Shown here: positions 27,310-38,049 of the stretch, piece by piece | Layout: every line of letters begins with the position of its first letter | How positions within the stretch are numbered: position 1 is the stretch's first letter | Source of the DNA: a virus | Lineage: Duplodnaviria > Caudoviricetes | IMG/VR virus record: IMGVR_UViG_3300021368_000782 | Span: 1-61,454 of that record | Strand: one strand, 5' to 3' | DNA: 61,454 nt | The notes under the pieces: model-generated | The model's input: only the letters and a program-made list of their open reading frames with translations | Told to the model about the DNA's origin: nothing | Databases searched by the model: none | Made by a program: the position numbers and the translations under genes

Positions 27310-28954
27310 GTATTCTTCATATCTTTCACTCGATCCTTCTGCACTCTATGCTGCACAAAGATTGGTAGAAAGAGTTGTTAGATATCATGGCGAGGAATAT
27401 GAAGCCATGGTTCAGGAACTAGAGGAGTCTCTACATGGCAAGACTCTAGAATATGCAATGGAACTCTTCGAGGAGAGAATTGCTGAAGGTCTAGAGTACA
27501 TGGGTGTAAAGATTGCCTTCAATGGTAAGACTTACAGTGCTCCTACTGTTGGACTCTATGGTGTTAAATCGAAACCAGAAATTAAAGCTGGTATCAAAGC
27601 AAAGGTTCTCGCGAGAAACGAAAGAGAACAGAAAGAAGAATACGAAGTCTCTCTTGCTGACAAGAAAGGTAATACTCAGGCTTATAAGAACTATAAGGCT
27701 GGTATGAAAAATAAGTTGACTGGTAAACCTCTATACAAAGCAGGTAAAGGTGTTGAAGAAGCACTTGATCCTGTAGGTCAGGAAGACGGTGATGTCAACA
27801 ACGACGGTAAGAAGGACAAGACCGATAAGTATCTGAAGAATCGTCGTCGTGCAATCAGCAAGGCAATTGCTGCTAAAGAAGAACATGAAATCGAAGCACT
27901 GGTTGATTACTTTGTAACTGAACAGATCGCTAAGAGTCCAGAAGAACTCGACGAGATCATGTTTGAGATCGATGAGGAGCATACCGAGTACTTCCTTGAG
28001 AAAGCAATGGAACTCAAGGGTAAGAAGAAAGGTAATGTAATCATCAATCCTAAGACGGAGAAGATGCAAGAAGAGGAACAGTCTGGTCAAGAAAAGACTC
28101 AACTTGCAAATCAAAAGAGAATGATGGCGAAGAAACATATGATGGATCGCCAGAAGATGCAACTCAAGAAACAGGGTAAACTCAACGTCAACGCTGAAAG
28201 TGTTGAGATGGTTAATGAGGTAGATTACTCTGGTACTCCTGCGAAGAATGATGCTGAGTCTGAGAAGGCAAAACAGTATCCTACGTTCGCTGAACTGAAA
28301 GCAAAACTTGCACAAGCAGGTGATCCTGCAAAGGGAATTCCTGCTGATACTCAACTACCACAGACTTCTTTGAAGAAGGAAGAGGTAGAAGATATCGAAG
28401 AACTCTATAAGGGTAAGCACGGTCAGTCTGAGAAAGAGTATCAAGACTCACGTTCTGATGCAGGTAAGATGGTCTCTGGTGATTCCAAGGGTAGTGGTGC
28501 AAATTATTCTTATAAAGCAAAGAATACTGGACCTAATCCTGCTGGAGGTTCTAAGAAACCACAAGGTCAAGCTCGCATGGGTGCCAAAGATAGAGAGTAT
28601 CTTAAGTATCGCAAGGCAAACCTGAAGGCGAAGAAGGAAGAGTTTGAGATGGATGAGGCAACTTATCCTCAGGATTTCAAAGGTGGTCCTGTAGCAAAAA
28701 AGAAAACAGGTAAACCCAATGCTCAGGGTGACTATGGTAAGAAGGACATCAATGAAGAAGATGCAGATCGTTTGAGAGATCAACGCATGGAACGTGGTGG
28801 TGTTGATGGTAATACCAATTACAGAAAACCAGCAAAGTTCGCATCTGGTCCTTCTAAGAAAAAGTATGACGGTATGTCCGCACTCGATAGAGTGAAGTCA
28901 GATATTCGCGCCAAGTATGGTAAGGGTGCGATTATGGATACTAAGAAGAAGTGA
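27296..28954 (+). CDS. highly charged low-complexity protein, possible internal head protein
   Basis: 552 aa, K/E-rich, many xEE sites, EF-hand-like DGDVNNDGKKDKTD. Confidence 0.6.
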   Translation: MDLNKYSSYLSLDPSALYAAQRLVERVVRYHGEEYEAMVQELEESLHGKTLEYAMELFEERIAEGLEYMGVKIAFNGKTYSAPTVGLYGVKSKPEIKAGIKAKVLARNEREQKEEYEVSLADKKGNTQAYKNYKAGMKNKLTGKPLYKAGKGVEEALDPVGQEDGDVNNDGKKDKTDKYLKNRRRAISKAIAAKEEHEIEALVDYFVTEQIAKSPEELDEIMFEIDEEHTEYFLEKAMELKGKKKGNVIINPKTEKMQEEEQSGQEKTQLANQKRMMAKKHMMDRQKMQLKKQGKLNVNAESVEMVNEVDYSGTPAKNDAESEKAKQYPTFAELKAKLAQAGDPAKGIPADTQLPQTSLKKEEVEDIEELYKGKHGQSEKEYQDSRSDAGKMVSGDSKGSGANYSYKAKNTGPNPAGGSKKPQGQARMGAKDREYLKYRKANLKAKKEEFEMDEATYPQDFKGGPVAKKKTGKPNAQGDYGKKDINEEDADRLRDQRMERGGVDGNTNYRKPAKFASGPSKKKYDGMSALDRVKSDIRAKYGKGAIMDTKKK

Positions 28955-28994
28955 TACTAAATAGTGTGGCTCGCAATATTTGAGGCACACTATT

Positions 28995-29198
28995 ATGTTA
29001 TCTTTCTTACTACCATTCGCATACAAAATTGTTGACGCTGCAGTTGCCAAAATCCCTGATGATGAGGAACTGGGCGAAAAACTACTTGACATTTGCTTAC
29101 TCATTCTGGGTAAAGCAGTCAAACTGACAAAGACTGATATGGATGATCAGCTTTTAGAAGCTGTCACCAAAGCAATCAAAACACGCGAGGAAGCGTGA
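28995..29198 (+). CDS. hypothetical protein
   Basis: MLSFLLPFAYKIVDAAVAKIPDDEELGEKL; terminator at about 29203-29222. Confidence 0.7.
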   Translation: MLSFLLPFAYKIVDAAVAKIPDDEELGEKLLDICLLILGKAVKLTKTDMDDQLLEAVTKAIKTREEA

Positions 29199-29265
29199 TC
29201 TAGGGGGCATACGCCCCCTTTTGTTATAAATAAATTATAGGAATACAAACTTATAAGGAAGTCCA

Positions 29266-30051
29266 ATGGCAATTTACGGAACAATCGATGCCGCAACTTT
29301 TGCAAACAATGTAGGTGTCACCTCTGGTGATGCTACCGTCACTAAGAACGCTGCTGACACAGTTGCGGAAGGTGATGTCCTTGAATTGGGTGGAGTTGCT
29401 TACATCGTAAGAACAGTTACTAGTACTACTGCAATCGAACTGCATAAAGCATATGCAGGTTCTACCAACAATGCCCTCTCTGGTGCAGTTCGTAGAACTC
29501 CTCCTAAGTCGGTTGCTGAGTTTGTCGTCAAAGGTGGCGACAGCAACACTGACTGGCAAATGATTTTTGTTGACACCACCGAGAGAGATGTTGCATCTAA
29601 CAAATCTCGTGGTATCACTGGTCCTGGTTGGTGGTTGTACAGATCGTACACTGATGTATCGGGTAGAACCCGTCATAAAGCAGAATGTCTCGCATTCGTT
29701 CACGCAACTGCTGCTGCAGCCGGTGACGACGCTGATGACACCATCGTGGCAGACGTGCTCGAAACGATTACGATCGGCACTCAACCTGCTAACCAGACCA
29801 CTTCTTCTGGTGCTGCAACCTTCACTGTTGCTGCAACTGTCGATCAGTCTGGTACTCTTGCATATCAGTGGCAGAAGAGAACCAGTTCTGGTGGTAGATT
29901 CTCCAACGTCTCTGGTGCAACTAGTGCATCTCTCGCGTTGACTGGTCAAACCGCCGCTGCTGATGGTAATCAGTATCGCGTTAAGATTACCACCTCTAAG
30001 GGTGCTGCAGAAGTTACATCTAGTGTCGCAACCTTGACCTTCGGTTCTTGA
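29266..30051 (+). CDS. virion structural protein with C-terminal Ig-like domain
   Basis: Late promoter TATAAATA; ITIGTQP...ATFTV...YQWQ...DGNQYRV. Confidence 0.75.
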   Translation: MAIYGTIDAATFANNVGVTSGDATVTKNAADTVAEGDVLELGGVAYIVRTVTSTTAIELHKAYAGSTNNALSGAVRRTPPKSVAEFVVKGGDSNTDWQMIFVDTTERDVASNKSRGITGPGWWLYRSYTDVSGRTRHKAECLAFVHATAAAAGDDADDTIVADVLETITIGTQPANQTTSSGAATFTVAATVDQSGTLAYQWQKRTSSGGRFSNVSGATSASLALTGQTAAADGNQYRVKITTSKGAAEVTSSVATLTFGS

Positions 30052-30068
30052 TAATTTGATTTTATAAT

Positions 30069-30431
30069 ATGAAGTTTAATGAGTTGAATGAGGATAACTT
30101 TCTGTTATTCGCTATAAAACATTATGACAACCCACAATGTGCCACGAAAGATGACTTCTATGAAGATCTGAAACGTTTTAAGTACATCAAGAGACTGTTC
30201 AAAAGATACGTCAAAACTGGTGTACTTAAAACTCATCTTTTATTGAATCACATTATTGTTGTTTATAACATCTTTGGTGATGCTGGTACTCCTCTCTTGT
30301 TTTTTAAACTAGAGTCTGAGTACTGGTCTCCGCTAAAGTCTTTTATGGTGTATCTTGATCGTATGGGTGATCAAGATTTGACTCAGGTTAACGTTGATGA
30401 ACACTGTTTGGAAGAGTTGAAGAAGATATGA
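30069..30431 (+). CDS. conserved T4-like hypothetical protein
   Basis: FAIKHYDNP, DLKRFKYIKRLF, LLNHII. Confidence 0.8.
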   Translation: MKFNELNEDNFLLFAIKHYDNPQCATKDDFYEDLKRFKYIKRLFKRYVKTGVLKTHLLLNHIIVVYNIFGDAGTPLLFFKLESEYWSPLKSFMVYLDRMGDQDLTQVNVDEHCLEELKKI

Positions 30432-30871
30432 CAATTGCAAACTCTGCTGGTAATGGTGGATTCTCGGGTTCGGCGAATGCTGCAGGACCCACTGCTGGTT
30501 ATGATCCAGTGATTGATTTTAGAAAAAAGGTTCCCAGAAGATTACCAAAACCTTATCGTGATGCTATGAGAGATGAGCAGAAGAAGACTAAGAAATTGAG
30601 AGAGATGGTTAGAAACCATCAGATGAAACAACTTAATGAAAGCGGTGGTAAGGTAATCGACCAACTCAAAAAACTAGTTCACGGTGGTGAATCTGGTGCA
30701 ATTACATTTGACTCGGGTGAGAAGATGCAGATGAACCCTGCTGCTGCATCTAAATTAGTAGACTTATACAGAAATTTAAATGCAAGTAACAGAGTGAAGA
30801 TGATTAAAACTATTAATAGTTCATCTTCTGGTCTTGTTAAGATACAACAATTCGCTGACTCAAGAGGATAA
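30428..30871 (+). CDS. hypothetical protein
   Basis: 147 aa ORF. Confidence 0.7.
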   Translation: MTIANSAGNGGFSGSANAAGPTAGYDPVIDFRKKVPRRLPKPYRDAMRDEQKKTKKLREMVRNHQMKQLNESGGKVIDQLKKLVHGGESGAITFDSGEKMQMNPAAASKLVDLYRNLNASNRVKMIKTINSSSSGLVKIQQFADSRG

Positions 30872-30875
30872 GACA

Positions 30876-31286
30876 ATGGCCTTCGGTCTGGGAAAAATAC
30901 AAGTCCTAGAATCCAAATTAGATATCTACGAAGATCTTTCTAGAGAAATGCTTTCTAGGTTAGAGAATGCTGTAGATAAAATTTCGGAGAATAGTAATCG
31001 TGTTGCTCTTGTTCTTGAAAGACATGAGGCAAGATTGGACGAAGGCGAAAGAACTAATGAAGCGATCATGAAGTTGGTCGAAAGAGTTGAAGAGAAGATT
31101 GATAAGGTAGAAGATAGAGTCAATCAACTCTCAAGATTCAGATGGATATCGATCGGTATCGGTACTGCTGCAGTTGTAATCTTGAAGTCATCAGAACTCT
31201 TTGGAACTATCCTGTCACTTCCACAAAAACAATTGACAAACTCAACCATCTATGGTAGCATACCAACAGTCGGTCGCATTATGTAA
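30876..31286 (+). CDS. coiled-coil plus TM hypothetical protein
   Basis: MAFGLGK...LESKLDIYEDLSREML. Confidence 0.7.
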   Translation: MAFGLGKIQVLESKLDIYEDLSREMLSRLENAVDKISENSNRVALVLERHEARLDEGERTNEAIMKLVERVEEKIDKVEDRVNQLSRFRWISIGIGTAAVVILKSSELFGTILSLPQKQLTNSTIYGSIPTVGRIM

Positions 31287-32269
31287 TGAGTTTCATTGAC
31301 GAGAAATACATCAACTTGTATTCTCCGAGACTTGAAAAGTTTGCTAAAAAGAAGAGAGGTCTGTACAATTTCAGATGTCCCTATTGTGGTGATTCCAAGC
31401 GTAACAGGAATCGTGCAAGGGGGTTTTTCTTTCTGAAGGGTGCTGACTACATCTACAAGTGTCACAACTGTGGTGTAGGTAGAACTCTTGCAAACTTCTT
31501 GAAAGATCACGACGTTATGCTCCATGACGCTTATGTTATGGAGAGGTTTAAGAATGGAATTACGGGTAAGGGAACCAACACGCCAACACCAAAACTAGAG
31601 TTTGAGAAACCTAAGTTCAAGAAGAACATTCTCTCGACTCTGAACAAGATGGAAGAACTAAATAGTTCTCACCCGGCTGTTGAATATCTAAATTCCAGAC
31701 GAATCCCGTTGAAAGGATTGTACTACACTGATAAATTTAAACAGTGGACTAACACCCACAAACATACCTTCGAGAGTGTAGATACAGACGAACCAAGAAT
31801 CATCATACCTCTAATTGCTGATGGTGAAGTGTTTGGTTTTCAGGGAAGATCCCTAAACCCAAAGTCCAAGTTACGCTACATCACGGTGATGTTGGATGAC
31901 TCCAAACCTAAAGTGTTTGGTTTGAATCGTATTGATACTAAAGAGGTTGTTTATGTCACAGAAGGACCCTTCGACAGTTATTTCCTTGGAAATGCTATTG
32001 CTATGTGTGGTAGCGATGTTGACCTCCGCTCTATGGATTATCAGTTCGTTTTCGTCTTCGACAACGAACCAAGAAACGCAGAAATCGTTAAGAAGATTGA
32101 TGCAGCCGCCAAGCGTGGAGATCAGGTAGTCATCTTTCCAAAAGATATCAAGGAGAAAGACTTGAATGATATGGTCCTTGCTGGACGAGACGTACAAACT
32201 ATGGTAGAATCAAATACCTATAGTGGACTAGAAGCAACTATTAAACTGACTGAATGGAAACGAGTATGA
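31286..32269 (+). CDS. gp61: DNA primase
   Basis: NFRCPYCGDS...CHNC zinc finger, TEGPFDS, FDNEPRN, KDLND. Confidence 0.96.
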   Translation: MSFIDEKYINLYSPRLEKFAKKKRGLYNFRCPYCGDSKRNRNRARGFFFLKGADYIYKCHNCGVGRTLANFLKDHDVMLHDAYVMERFKNGITGKGTNTPTPKLEFEKPKFKKNILSTLNKMEELNSSHPAVEYLNSRRIPLKGLYYTDKFKQWTNTHKHTFESVDTDEPRIIIPLIADGEVFGFQGRSLNPKSKLRYITVMLDDSKPKVFGLNRIDTKEVVYVTEGPFDSYFLGNAIAMCGSDVDLRSMDYQFVFVFDNEPRNAEIVKKIDAAAKRGDQVVIFPKDIKEKDLNDMVLAGRDVQTMVESNTYSGLEATIKLTEWKRV

Positions 32270-34578
32270 GCAACGGGATCAAAGTACAGAAAAGAACTGG
32301 TGAATTCGAGCCCTTAAATCTCGATAAGATGCATACTATGGTCGAGTTTGCATGTGAAGGACTTGCTGGTGTTTCTGCTTCACAAGTAGAAATGCAGTCA
32401 GGTATTCAATTTTTTGATGGTATTACTACAGAACAGATTCAACAGATCCTGATTCGTTCTGCAAGTGATTTGATCACCCTGGAGAATCCAAATTACCAGT
32501 TTGTTGCTGCTAGACTTCTGTTGTTTAGTATGCGTAAATCTGTTTTTGGTGCATCTTGGGCAATCAGTCATACTCATCTTTCTATCCACATTGAGAAGTG
32601 TGTTAAGAAAAATGTCTATGATGACTCAATCATTAATAAGTATACAGCAGAAGAGTGGGATACGATCGATAAGTATATCGACCATGGTCGTGATTTCCTG
32701 TTTACATATGCAGGACTTCGCCAAGTTGCCGATAAGTATCTCGTTCAGGATCGAAGCAGTGGAGAAGTCTATGAGACTCCTCAATACATGTATATCATGA
32801 TCGCAGCGACTTTGTTCCAAAACTATCCAAAGGAAACACGTCTCGATTATGTCAAACGATACTACGACGCAATCTCCAAACACAAAATCAACATTCCCAC
32901 ACCTGTCATGGCAGGAGTGCGAACTCCACTTCGACAGTTTGCTAGCTGTGTTCTTGTTGATATTGATGACACCCTCGATTCTATCTTTAGCTCTGATATG
33001 GCAATTGGCCAATACGTTGCACAAAGGGCGGGAATCGGTATCAACTCGGGTCGCATCAGGGGTATCAACAGTAAAATCAGAGGCGGAGAGGTTCAACACA
33101 CAGGTGTGGTCCCCTTCCTCAAAAAGTTTGAAGCAACTGTACGATGTTGCACACAAAACGGCATCCGAGGTGGATCAGCGACTGTCCACTTTCCTATCTG
33201 GCACCAAGAAATAGAGGACATCATTGTACTTAAAAATAACAAAGGGACCGAAGACAACCGAGTTCGTAAACTGGACTACTCGATCCAAATTTCAAAACTC
33301 TTCTATGAAAGGTTCATCAAAAACGAAGATATTTCTCTCTTCAGTCCGCACGACGTGCCGGGTCTTTATGATGCTTTTGGCACTGAATCATTTGATGATC
33401 TCTATACAAGTTATGAATCTGATGGATCTATTCCGAGAAAGACTATCGGGGCGCAGAAACTGATCCTTGATATGCTCAAGGAACGTGCAGAGACTGGTCG
33501 TGTATATTTGATGAATATCGATCACTGCAACAGTCACTCGTCTTTCAAGGACAAGGTGAATATGTCGAACTTGTGTCAAGAGATTACACTTCCGACTGAT
33601 CCTATCAAACATATTGATGATGATGCTGGTGAGATTGCATTGTGTATTCTGTCTGCTATCAATGTCGGTAAGTTGAAGAACCTGGATGATCTTGAAGAAC
33701 TCTGTAATCTTGCTGTAAGGGGTCTGGAGGAGTTGATTGACTATCAACAGTACCCAGTTGCTGCTGCAGAACGTTCAACTAAGTATCGTCGTTCTCTTGG
33801 TATTGGTTATATCGGACTTGCACATTATCTTGCACGTCATGGTTTCTATTATAGTGAAACACAAGCACACAAACTTGTTCATGACCTGACAGAAGCATTC
33901 CAGTTCTATCTACTCAAAGCATCCAATGAAATTGCTAGAGAGAAAGGACCTTGTGAAGGTTTCTCACGAACAAAATATGCTGATGGAATTCTTCCGATCG
34001 ATACATATAAGAGTGATGTAGATGATATTGTACCGAATGAGTTGAACTATGATTGGAATCGTCTTAGGGCATCTATTCTCGAATACGGACTCAGGCACTC
34101 AACACTGTCCGCACAGATGCCATCGGAGAGCAGTTCCGTTGTGTCTAATGAAACAAACGGTATCGAGCCACCTAGAGACTACCTGTCCGTTAAGAAGTCG
34201 AAAAAAGGGCCTCTTAAACAGATTGTTCCACAATATGGTTCCCTAAAAAGTAACTATACTTTACTCTGGGATATGTCATCTAATGAAGGATATATCAAGA
34301 TAGTTTCTGTTATGCAAAAATTCTTTGATCAAGCTATCAGTGGTAACTGGAGTTATAATCCAGAGAACTATCCTGACAATGAAGTGCCTGTTTCGGTGAT
34401 GGCACAAGACTTTCTAACTACATACAAATACGGTTGGAAGACTTCTTATTATCAGAACACCTACGATGCAAAGACAGATGCAGATGAAGACTTGACAAAG
34501 AAAAAGGATGCGTTAGAATCTATGCTTGCAGACATAGAATCTCTAGATGAAGACGATTGTGAATCTTGTAAAATTTGA
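32266..34578 (+). CDS. nrdA: ribonucleotide reductase class Ia alpha subunit
   Basis: ATP cone, PTPVMAG, SNLCQEI, MPSESSS, C-terminal CESCKI. Confidence 0.98.
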   Translation: MSNGIKVQKRTGEFEPLNLDKMHTMVEFACEGLAGVSASQVEMQSGIQFFDGITTEQIQQILIRSASDLITLENPNYQFVAARLLLFSMRKSVFGASWAISHTHLSIHIEKCVKKNVYDDSIINKYTAEEWDTIDKYIDHGRDFLFTYAGLRQVADKYLVQDRSSGEVYETPQYMYIMIAATLFQNYPKETRLDYVKRYYDAISKHKINIPTPVMAGVRTPLRQFASCVLVDIDDTLDSIFSSDMAIGQYVAQRAGIGINSGRIRGINSKIRGGEVQHTGVVPFLKKFEATVRCCTQNGIRGGSATVHFPIWHQEIEDIIVLKNNKGTEDNRVRKLDYSIQISKLFYERFIKNEDISLFSPHDVPGLYDAFGTESFDDLYTSYESDGSIPRKTIGAQKLILDMLKERAETGRVYLMNIDHCNSHSSFKDKVNMSNLCQEITLPTDPIKHIDDDAGEIALCILSAINVGKLKNLDDLEELCNLAVRGLEELIDYQQYPVAAAERSTKYRRSLGIGYIGLAHYLARHGFYYSETQAHKLVHDLTEAFQFYLLKASNEIAREKGPCEGFSRTKYADGILPIDTYKSDVDDIVPNELNYDWNRLRASILEYGLRHSTLSAQMPSESSSVVSNETNGIEPPRDYLSVKKSKKGPLKQIVPQYGSLKSNYTLLWDMSSNEGYIKIVSVMQKFFDQAISGNWSYNPENYPDNEVPVSVMAQDFLTTYKYGWKTSYYQNTYDAKTDADEDLTKKKDALESMLADIESLDEDDCESCKI

Positions 34579-34584
34579 GGACTT

Positions 34585-35757
34585 ATGGATCTAAGACGTA
34601 CACCAGTAAATAAAACAATTGAAGGCATGACTGTCTTCAATAAGAATAAAGTTAATACCAAGAAACAACCTATGTTTTTTGGTCAGCCTCTGGGAGTCCA
34701 GAGGTATGACTCATACAAGTATCCTATCTTTGACAAACTTACACAACAACAATTGGGATATTTCTGGAGACCCGAAGAGGTCTCTCTCCAGAAAGATAGA
34801 TCTGATTATCAGACTCTCACACCAGAACAGAAGCACATTTTTACCAGCAATCTTAAGTACCAAGTTATGCTGGACTCTGTACAAGGGCGTGGTCCTGGGA
34901 TGGCTTTTGTCCCTTACTGCTCACTACCTGAGTTGGAAGCTGCTATGACCATCTGGGAGACCATGGAGATGATCCATAGTCGCTCATACACCTACATCAT
35001 GAAGAATGTCTATTCAGACCCTTCAGAGGTCTTTGACACCATTCTGGATGACGATAGGATCTTGGACCGTGCCAAGAGTGTCACAGCGTCCTATGACGCA
35101 CTGATCAATGCTGCTCACCAGTTCGATACTGGTAATATGTGGAAGGGTGATTGGAAAGATTCTCCTACTGCACAGTGGGAGATTAAGGATCTTAAGAGAA
35201 AACTGTATCTTGCTATGGTTAACGTGAATATCCTTGAGGGTATTCGTTTCTATGTTTCATTTGCTTGTACGTTTGCCTTTGGTGAACTCAAACTGATGGA
35301 AGGATCCGCTAAAATTATTTCACTAATCGCTCGTGATGAGTCACAACATCTTGTATTGACTCAAAATATTCTTAAGAATTGGGCGAATGGCGATGATCCT
35401 GTTATGCAGGATATCATGCGTGAAGAGGAAGAGAACGTCATTCAGATGTTCAGGAATGCAGTTGACGAGGAGAAGAGTTGGGCGGACTATCTTTTTAAAG
35501 ATGGTTCGATGATTGGTCTAAACGCTAAACTGCTAAGTCAGTATGTCGAATGGATCGCTAATCGTCGTATGAAGGCGGTTGGACTTGATCCAATTTATGA
35601 TGTTGCTGCAAAGAACAATCCTCTGCCTTGGACTCAATACTGGTTGAACTCCAAGGGTCAACAGAATGCTCCACAAGAAACAGAAATCGAATCTTACATC
35701 GTTGGAGGTATCAAACAAGATGTCAAAGGAGACACGTTCGCAGGATTCAGCCTTTGA
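34585..35757 (+). CDS. nrdB: ribonucleotide reductase beta subunit
   Basis: FWRPEEV, EMIHSRSY, LEGIRFYVSF, RDESQH. Confidence 0.98.
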   Translation: MDLRRTPVNKTIEGMTVFNKNKVNTKKQPMFFGQPLGVQRYDSYKYPIFDKLTQQQLGYFWRPEEVSLQKDRSDYQTLTPEQKHIFTSNLKYQVMLDSVQGRGPGMAFVPYCSLPELEAAMTIWETMEMIHSRSYTYIMKNVYSDPSEVFDTILDDDRILDRAKSVTASYDALINAAHQFDTGNMWKGDWKDSPTAQWEIKDLKRKLYLAMVNVNILEGIRFYVSFACTFAFGELKLMEGSAKIISLIARDESQHLVLTQNILKNWANGDDPVMQDIMREEEENVIQMFRNAVDEEKSWADYLFKDGSMIGLNAKLLSQYVEWIANRRMKAVGLDPIYDVAAKNNPLPWTQYWLNSKGQQNAPQETEIESYIVGGIKQDVKGDTFAGFSL

Positions 35758-35870
35758 GAAAATTTGGAAAGAGATGGATGAGATTGAACCTCTCACTCCA
35801 TCTGTGAAACAATGTTATGATGCTTATCTGAATGCTGCAGAAGCATACGATAAAGTATTGGATGAATTAG

Positions 35871-36263
35871 ATGGACCAGAAACCACAGTTTGAATTTGAA
35901 GTCGTCTTCGATAAAGAGAAGGAGACTACAATTCAAAAAATTAAGAGGTGGATCTCAAAGAGAAAACCGCCTCTTAATACCATTCTCATGCACCTATTTT
36001 CCTATGTGGAAGTATGGTATTGGGAAGGTAAACTCAAACAAACCATGTCTGGCGTTGACAGTCAGATAGAAGATTTACATGAATTATGGGACAATGAACA
36101 CTCCGTCAGAATCAGAGTGGAGGAAGAACCTTCTGGAGTCGCCGGTCTTTCCACTTTCACAATCAGATCTCCGTTTGTTGATAAAGGGACCGAAGAGTCT
36201 GAGTCAGGCGTGGAGACTTCAAGCTTTGAAATTGAAATTCCAGATCCATGGGATAAAAAGTAA
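35871..36263 (+). CDS. hypothetical protein
   Basis: 130 aa ORF; a small ORF at 35720-35893 precedes it. Confidence 0.65.
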   Translation: MDQKPQFEFEVVFDKEKETTIQKIKRWISKRKPPLNTILMHLFSYVEVWYWEGKLKQTMSGVDSQIEDLHELWDNEHSVRIRVEEEPSGVAGLSTFTIRSPFVDKGTEESESGVETSSFEIEIPDPWDKK

Positions 36264-36291
36264 TAAATAGTACATCTTATCATGTACACAT

Positions 36292-36657
36292 ATGAAACCT
36301 CAATCTGCAAAAGCCAAAGGAAGGAATTTGCAAAAGTGGTTCAGAAACATTCTTATTGAAAAACTAAATATTCACCCCGAGGATATCGAATCCCGATCCA
36401 TGGGAGCCGGTGGTGAAGACCTTATCATGGCACGAGCGGCTAGACAAAAGTTCCCGTTTTCTGTAGAATGCAAGAACGTTGAGAAACTAAACGTCTGGGA
36501 AGCTTACGAACAAGCCAAGGAGAATTCTAAAAACTACGAACCAATAGTTGTAATGAAAAAGAATAGAAAAAAACCATTGGTGGTAGTTGACGCTGAATTC
36601 TTTGTTGGATTACTAGAACTCAAAAATGGCACCATTAACGAGGAAGGATCTAATTAA
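36292..36657 (+). CDS. PD-(D/E)XK endonuclease / resolvase-like protein
   Basis: KAKGRNLQ, GEDL, SVECKN. Confidence 0.75.
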   Translation: MKPQSAKAKGRNLQKWFRNILIEKLNIHPEDIESRSMGAGGEDLIMARAARQKFPFSVECKNVEKLNVWEAYEQAKENSKNYEPIVVMKKNRKKPLVVVDAEFFVGLLELKNGTINEEGSN

Positions 36658-36829
36658 AATCATCGTAGCAGACGAGATGGTTGGAATGCAAGATCCCACC
36701 GAATACAACAAAAATCTTAGACATTGCTATCAAAACTGGGAACACAAATCTAGTATAGAGCTTTGTACTAAATACAATCAGATTAGACACGAACACTTGA
36801 CGGTCGATCTGTTAGCCACAGACCCTTGA
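36626..36829 (+). CDS. hypothetical protein
   Basis: 67 aa ORF. Confidence 0.55.
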   Translation: MAPLTRKDLIKIIVADEMVGMQDPTEYNKNLRHCYQNWEHKSSIELCTKYNQIRHEHLTVDLLATDP

Positions 36830-36854
36830 CACTCCAGTCCAGATCCTTTATAAT
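36826..36854 (+). promoter_or_regulatory. sigma70-type promoter for the tRNA region
   Basis: TTGACA-N17-TATAAT. Confidence 0.8.
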
Positions 36855-36866
36855 GTGACCTGACAA

Positions 36867-36938
36867 GGGAGATTAACTCAGCGGTAGAGTGGTTCCCTTA
36901 CAAGGAATAAGTCACTGGTTCGATCCCAGTATCTCCCA
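36867..36938 (+). tRNA. tRNA-Val(TAC)
   Basis: Cloverleaf, anticodon loop CTTACAA, GTTCGAT T-loop. Confidence 0.93.
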
Positions 36939-36956
36939 CCTGATCATTTTATAACT

Positions 36957-37346
36957 ATGATTCTTGAAACACTTTTGGCACTCACGCCACTTGACTATGA
37001 CTATCTTGCACGTGCTGTTCAAGTAGAAGCGGCACCTGGAACGATGGATGAATACTGTGTTGCAGTATCTGTCTTGAATCGTGTTCGATCACCATATTTC
37101 CCCAACACAGTTGCGGATGTAGTATATGCCCCTGGACAGTATGAGGGGTTTGTCTACAAGCGACCTGTGGCGAATCCTGTTGTCGTTCAACGACTGATGG
37201 ATAATAGTAAAATGCTTTCAGCATATAGTATTATTGGTGATAGAACTGACTTCAAAGGTCAGACACAACTACCCTACAGGGTTGTGTCTGAAGATCCAAT
37301 GTGTTCTCCTAACGGTAACTTCTTCCATTATCACTGGCAATCATGA
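36957..37346 (+). CDS. SleB-like cell wall hydrolase
   Basis: LARAVQVEA, VAVSVLNRV, FPNTVADVVYAPGQY. Confidence 0.85.
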   Translation: MILETLLALTPLDYDYLARAVQVEAAPGTMDEYCVAVSVLNRVRSPYFPNTVADVVYAPGQYEGFVYKRPVANPVVVQRLMDNSKMLSAYSIIGDRTDFKGQTQLPYRVVSEDPMCSPNGNFFHYHWQS

Positions 37347-37756
37347 TCATTAGAAAACTCAAAGAAGTCAAAGAATTACTTACCAAAAAAACTAGTAACG
37401 AAATTGAATGTGCAATTGACGAAGACGTTGTTGATTGTAAAGAACTAGAAGATGATGGTTTGGATTACGAAGATCAGTATTATACAGGAGTTCCTGCTCC
37501 TCCTTATCTACAAGACGATCCATGGTTTGGTCCTGCTCCTACCTATTCACAGAAGCAACTAGACTACATGGTACAGGAAACAGAAATTAAACAAAAAGAA
37601 AGAGAGGAGAACTTCTCTGTGGAGTCTGAAGACATCCATCAAAGGATGTATGAGATTGCCACTCAAAATTCTCCTACAACCATCCAGCTGAACCCGCCTG
37701 GTGGGTCTGAGAACGTCTGGATGTCTGGTACAGGTATGGGACAATTCAATGAGTAA
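37343..37756 (+). CDS. hypothetical protein
   Basis: 137 aa ORF. Confidence 0.7.
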   Translation: MIIRKLKEVKELLTKKTSNEIECAIDEDVVDCKELEDDGLDYEDQYYTGVPAPPYLQDDPWFGPAPTYSQKQLDYMVQETEIKQKEREENFSVESEDIHQRMYEIATQNSPTTIQLNPPGGSENVWMSGTGMGQFNE

Positions 37757-37964
37757 TGAAGACTGGCGGTACACCGACTCAAAAATGAGACTTCGTTCAG
37801 AAGTATTTGAAATTCTTCTCCATCGATTCGGTTCAAAACTTGACGACAATGGAGAACCAATGTATAATATGTCATCAATTACGGAGTGCGCCCACGACTG
37901 GGTTTCACAAGGTAATAAAAGATCTGATGGTATTGTAAAGTACTATCTCGCCTATTATTCGTAG
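37749..37964 (+). CDS. hypothetical protein
   Basis: MSNEDWRY...ECAHDWVSQG. Confidence 0.7.
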   Translation: MSNEDWRYTDSKMRLRSEVFEILLHRFGSKLDDNGEPMYNMSSITECAHDWVSQGNKRSDGIVKYYLAYYS

Positions 37965-37974
37965 GTTCTTTTCT

Positions 37975-38048
<74 letters not shown>

Positions 38049-38049
38049 T

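Noticed and set aside
27731-28354. 207-aa antisense ORF (likewise 36-536, 29251-29949, 32626-33156 and others)
   Set aside because: Shadow ORFs opposite well-supported genes, explained by codon bias.
16755-35757. Introns or inteins in gp43, gp41, nrdA and nrdB
   Set aside because: The ORFs are continuous and of normal length, with no intein or homing endonuclease motifs seen.
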